A stretch of 42,743 bases of DNA, taken from sequence record ON470579.1. One strand, written 5' to 3'. This DNA comes from Escherichia phage vB_EcoM-606R2. Positions within the stretch are counted from its first letter, which is position 1. The number at the start of each line of letters is the position of its first letter. Below are positions 40,857 to 42,743 of the stretch, piece after piece. Below the pieces are notes generated by a model. The model saw nothing but the letters and a program-made list of their open reading frames with translations. It searched no databases and had not been told where the DNA came from. Made by a program: the position numbers and the translations under genes.

Positions 40857-41286
40857 TCCTGAATACACAACATTCCTCAAACATTTTGGCACTTTCAAAG
40901 TTGCACAACTAGACCAGAAAGAAGTATCAGAAACTGAGTATCTGGCATCTGAGATTAAAGATATCAAATCATTATTGATATCTCTTAGGGCAACAGCAAC
41001 GACAAAATCCAGATTTTTCGACTCACCGAAAAATTACTCGCAGCAGGAAATTGACAACTCTGTAGATATTATTAAAAATGGAGTTGCCAGTTATACTATA
41101 AGGAGTGAAGGATTTAGTATATCAAAATCAGCACTAGAAAAGTTACGCCAAAGACTACACAACGCAGGATTTCAAGTCGAGCAAATAGTATTGACAGGAA
41201 AAGAAGTAATTATTCATCTGTCATCACCTTTAATAAATGAAGAAGAAAATATTTTTAAAGATGCAATAGTAACAGCACTATTATAA
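40777..41286 (+). CDS. C-terminal portion of the frameshift-split gene (no ATG; open from 40777)
   Basis: A 170-codon open frame with protein-like composition. The track starts it at a TTG at 40975, but it reads continuously from the repeat tract. Confidence 0.5.
   Translation, partial: DTNQSINLFKERLASKIKETYLKSVTDPEYTTFLKHFGTFKVAQLDQKEVSETEYLASEIKDIKSLLISLRATATTKSRFFDSPKNYSQQEIDNSVDIIKNGVASYTIRSEGFSISKSALEKLRQRLHNAGFQVEQIVLTGKEVIIHLSSPLINEEENIFKDAIVTALL
40782..40797 (+). repeat. tetranucleotide repeat (CAAT)4 at the frame-switch point
   Basis: Read directly from the sequence. The +1 frame opens at 40777 and the zero frame closes at 40856. Confidence 0.9.
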
Positions 41287-41298
41287 ATAACATTTTTA

Positions 41299-41334
41299 AA
41301 ACAACAAAAGGTCTAAATTGGCCTTTTGTTGTTT
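41299..41334 (+). other. 13-bp-stem hairpin bounding the AT-rich cassette (possible terminator)
   Basis: Arms AAACAACAAAAGG and CCTTTTGTTGTTT with a 10-nt loop, immediately before the helicase ribosome-binding site. Confidence 0.4.
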
Positions 41335-41348
41335 AGGAGCCATATTAT

Positions 41349-42743
41349 ATGCCCCCAAAATATATACCTCGCCCCTACCAAGTTCTCATTATCAACCACG
41401 AAACCGAAACCCTGCGCGGCAACATCTGGGCGGGGATGGGAATGGGTAAAACCGTGGCAACGCTCACTGCGCTGGAAGATCTCTTTATGGCAGGGGCAGA
41501 AACATGCCCCGCACTGGTCCTCGCGCCGCTGCGCGTGGCTGCCAGCACATGGCCGGATGAAGCACTGAAGTGGGGACATTTGCGCAATATCGAGGTGCAG
41601 CCAATTATTGGTAATGCCAAAGCGCGCTCTATGGCGCTGACGAACAGCAACGCAAGCGTGTTCACCATCAACTACGATAACCTTGTCTGGCTGATTGAAG
41701 AATTGGGAGAACGATGGCCGTTCGGTACTGTCATTCCAGATGAAAGCACCCGGCTAAAATCCTTCCGGCTGCGCGGTGGTGGTAAGCGCGCGGCGGCGCT
41801 GGGCAAAGTGGCGCATAAGTATGTCCGGCGCTGGATAAATCTCACCGGTACGCCAGCACCGAACGGCCTGGTAGATTTGTGGGGACAATCGTGGTTTGTG
41901 GACCAGGGGCAACGTCTCGGGCGCACTTACGGCGCGTTTACCTCACGCTGGTTCAACTCGATACAGTTTCCGGGGCAGAGCTGGACCAAACTGGAGCCTT
42001 TTGCTCACTCACAGGGTGAAATACAGCGAGCGTTAGCCGATGTAACCCTCTCGCTGGATGCGGCCGACTGGTTCGATATCAAAGACCCCATCCATAACGT
42101 AATCCGCGTGGATATGCCACCGAAGGCCCGTCAGCAGTATCGTGAAATGGAAAAGGAAATGTTCCTCGAGCTGAATGGCGAAGGCATCGAAGCACCGAAC
42201 GCCGCGGCAAAGACACTGAAGTGTCTGCAAATCGCCAGCGGCGCAGTATACACAGATGACACCGGAAGTTGGTCAGAACTGCATGACACCAAACTACAGG
42301 CGCTGGACAGCATACTGACCGAAGCAGCTGGCGCACCTGTGCTGGTTGCTTATCACTGGAAACACGATCTTGAACGCTTGCTTAAAGCATTCCCTCGCGG
42401 TCGTCACCTCGACCAGGATCCACAGACACTGCGCGACTGGAATTCCGGAAAGATTCCTGTTCTCTTTGCACACCCAGCCAGCGCGGGCCACGGCCTGAAC
42501 ATGCAGGACGGCGGAAATATACTGGTATTTTTCTCACACTGGTGGGACCTGGAGCAATATCAGCAAATTATTGAACGTATCGGCCCCACCAGGCAGATAC
42601 AGGCCGGACACAATCGTCCGGTATTTATTCACCACATTATTGCTGCCGACACTATGGATGAAATGGTGATGGAGCGGCGCAACTCAAAACGAACAGTGCA
42701 GGACATCCTGCTCGATGCCATGAAAAAGAGAGGTATAGCATGA
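41349..42743 (+). CDS. SNF2/DEAD-like DNA helicase
   Basis: Motif I GMGKT, a PRPYQ-type Q motif, motif II DEST and C-terminal helicase motifs; ribosome-binding site AGGAG. Confidence 0.75.
   Translation: MPPKYIPRPYQVLIINHETETLRGNIWAGMGMGKTVATLTALEDLFMAGAETCPALVLAPLRVAASTWPDEALKWGHLRNIEVQPIIGNAKARSMALTNSNASVFTINYDNLVWLIEELGERWPFGTVIPDESTRLKSFRLRGGGKRAAALGKVAHKYVRRWINLTGTPAPNGLVDLWGQSWFVDQGQRLGRTYGAFTSRWFNSIQFPGQSWTKLEPFAHSQGEIQRALADVTLSLDAADWFDIKDPIHNVIRVDMPPKARQQYREMEKEMFLELNGEGIEAPNAAAKTLKCLQIASGAVYTDDTGSWSELHDTKLQALDSILTEAAGAPVLVAYHWKHDLERLLKAFPRGRHLDQDPQTLRDWNSGKIPVLFAHPASAGHGLNMQDGGNILVFFSHWWDLEQYQQIIERIGPTRQIQAGHNRPVFIHHIIAADTMDEMVMERRNSKRTVQDILLDAMKKRGIA

Larger units (their letters stand above)
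2358..42743. mobile_element. prophage, mosaic temperate phage; far end and integrase lie beyond the window
   Basis: A contiguous block of phage modules (tail, head, lysis, immunity, replication) follows the interrupted host gene. No integrase is present in the window. Confidence 0.85.

Noticed and set aside
2358-42743. Search for an integrase or excisionase to define the prophage fully
   Set aside because: No tyrosine or large serine recombinase is present in the window; the only recombinase is the truncated invertase, so the integration module must lie beyond 42743.

Overview
The window starts in conserved E. coli chromosome (tadA, pgpC/yfhB, yfhH) and then enters a large mosaic prophage that has inserted into the 5' end of the ferredoxin-like gene yfhL at about position 2357 and runs to the end of the window. 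All function calls are from reading the six-frame translations and recalling family motifs; no database search was run. The prophage contains, left to right: an AT-rich terminal cargo cassette, a 3'-truncated Hin/Pin-family invertase with an invertible tail-fibre segment, a contractile-tail and baseplate module with a -1 frameshift chaperone pair and tape measure, a head module (capsid, protease/scaffold, portal, terminases), a lambda-like lysis cassette and Q-like antiterminator, a P4-alpha-like primase next to an iteron array, a cro/cI switch, and a rightward replication module (Cas4-like nuclease, DUF2815-like, family A DNA polymerase, VRR-NUC, SNF2-like helicase). The most interesting part is a set of AT-rich accessory insertions that look like candidate anti-phage or exclusion genes: two paralogous TIR-like proteins in the replication module, one of them split by a frameshift exactly at a (CAAT)4 repeat; a protein with an HEPN-like Rx4H motif plus a secreted partner inside the baseplate operon; a 281-aa gene at the invertase-proximal prophage end; and an antisense membrane protein.
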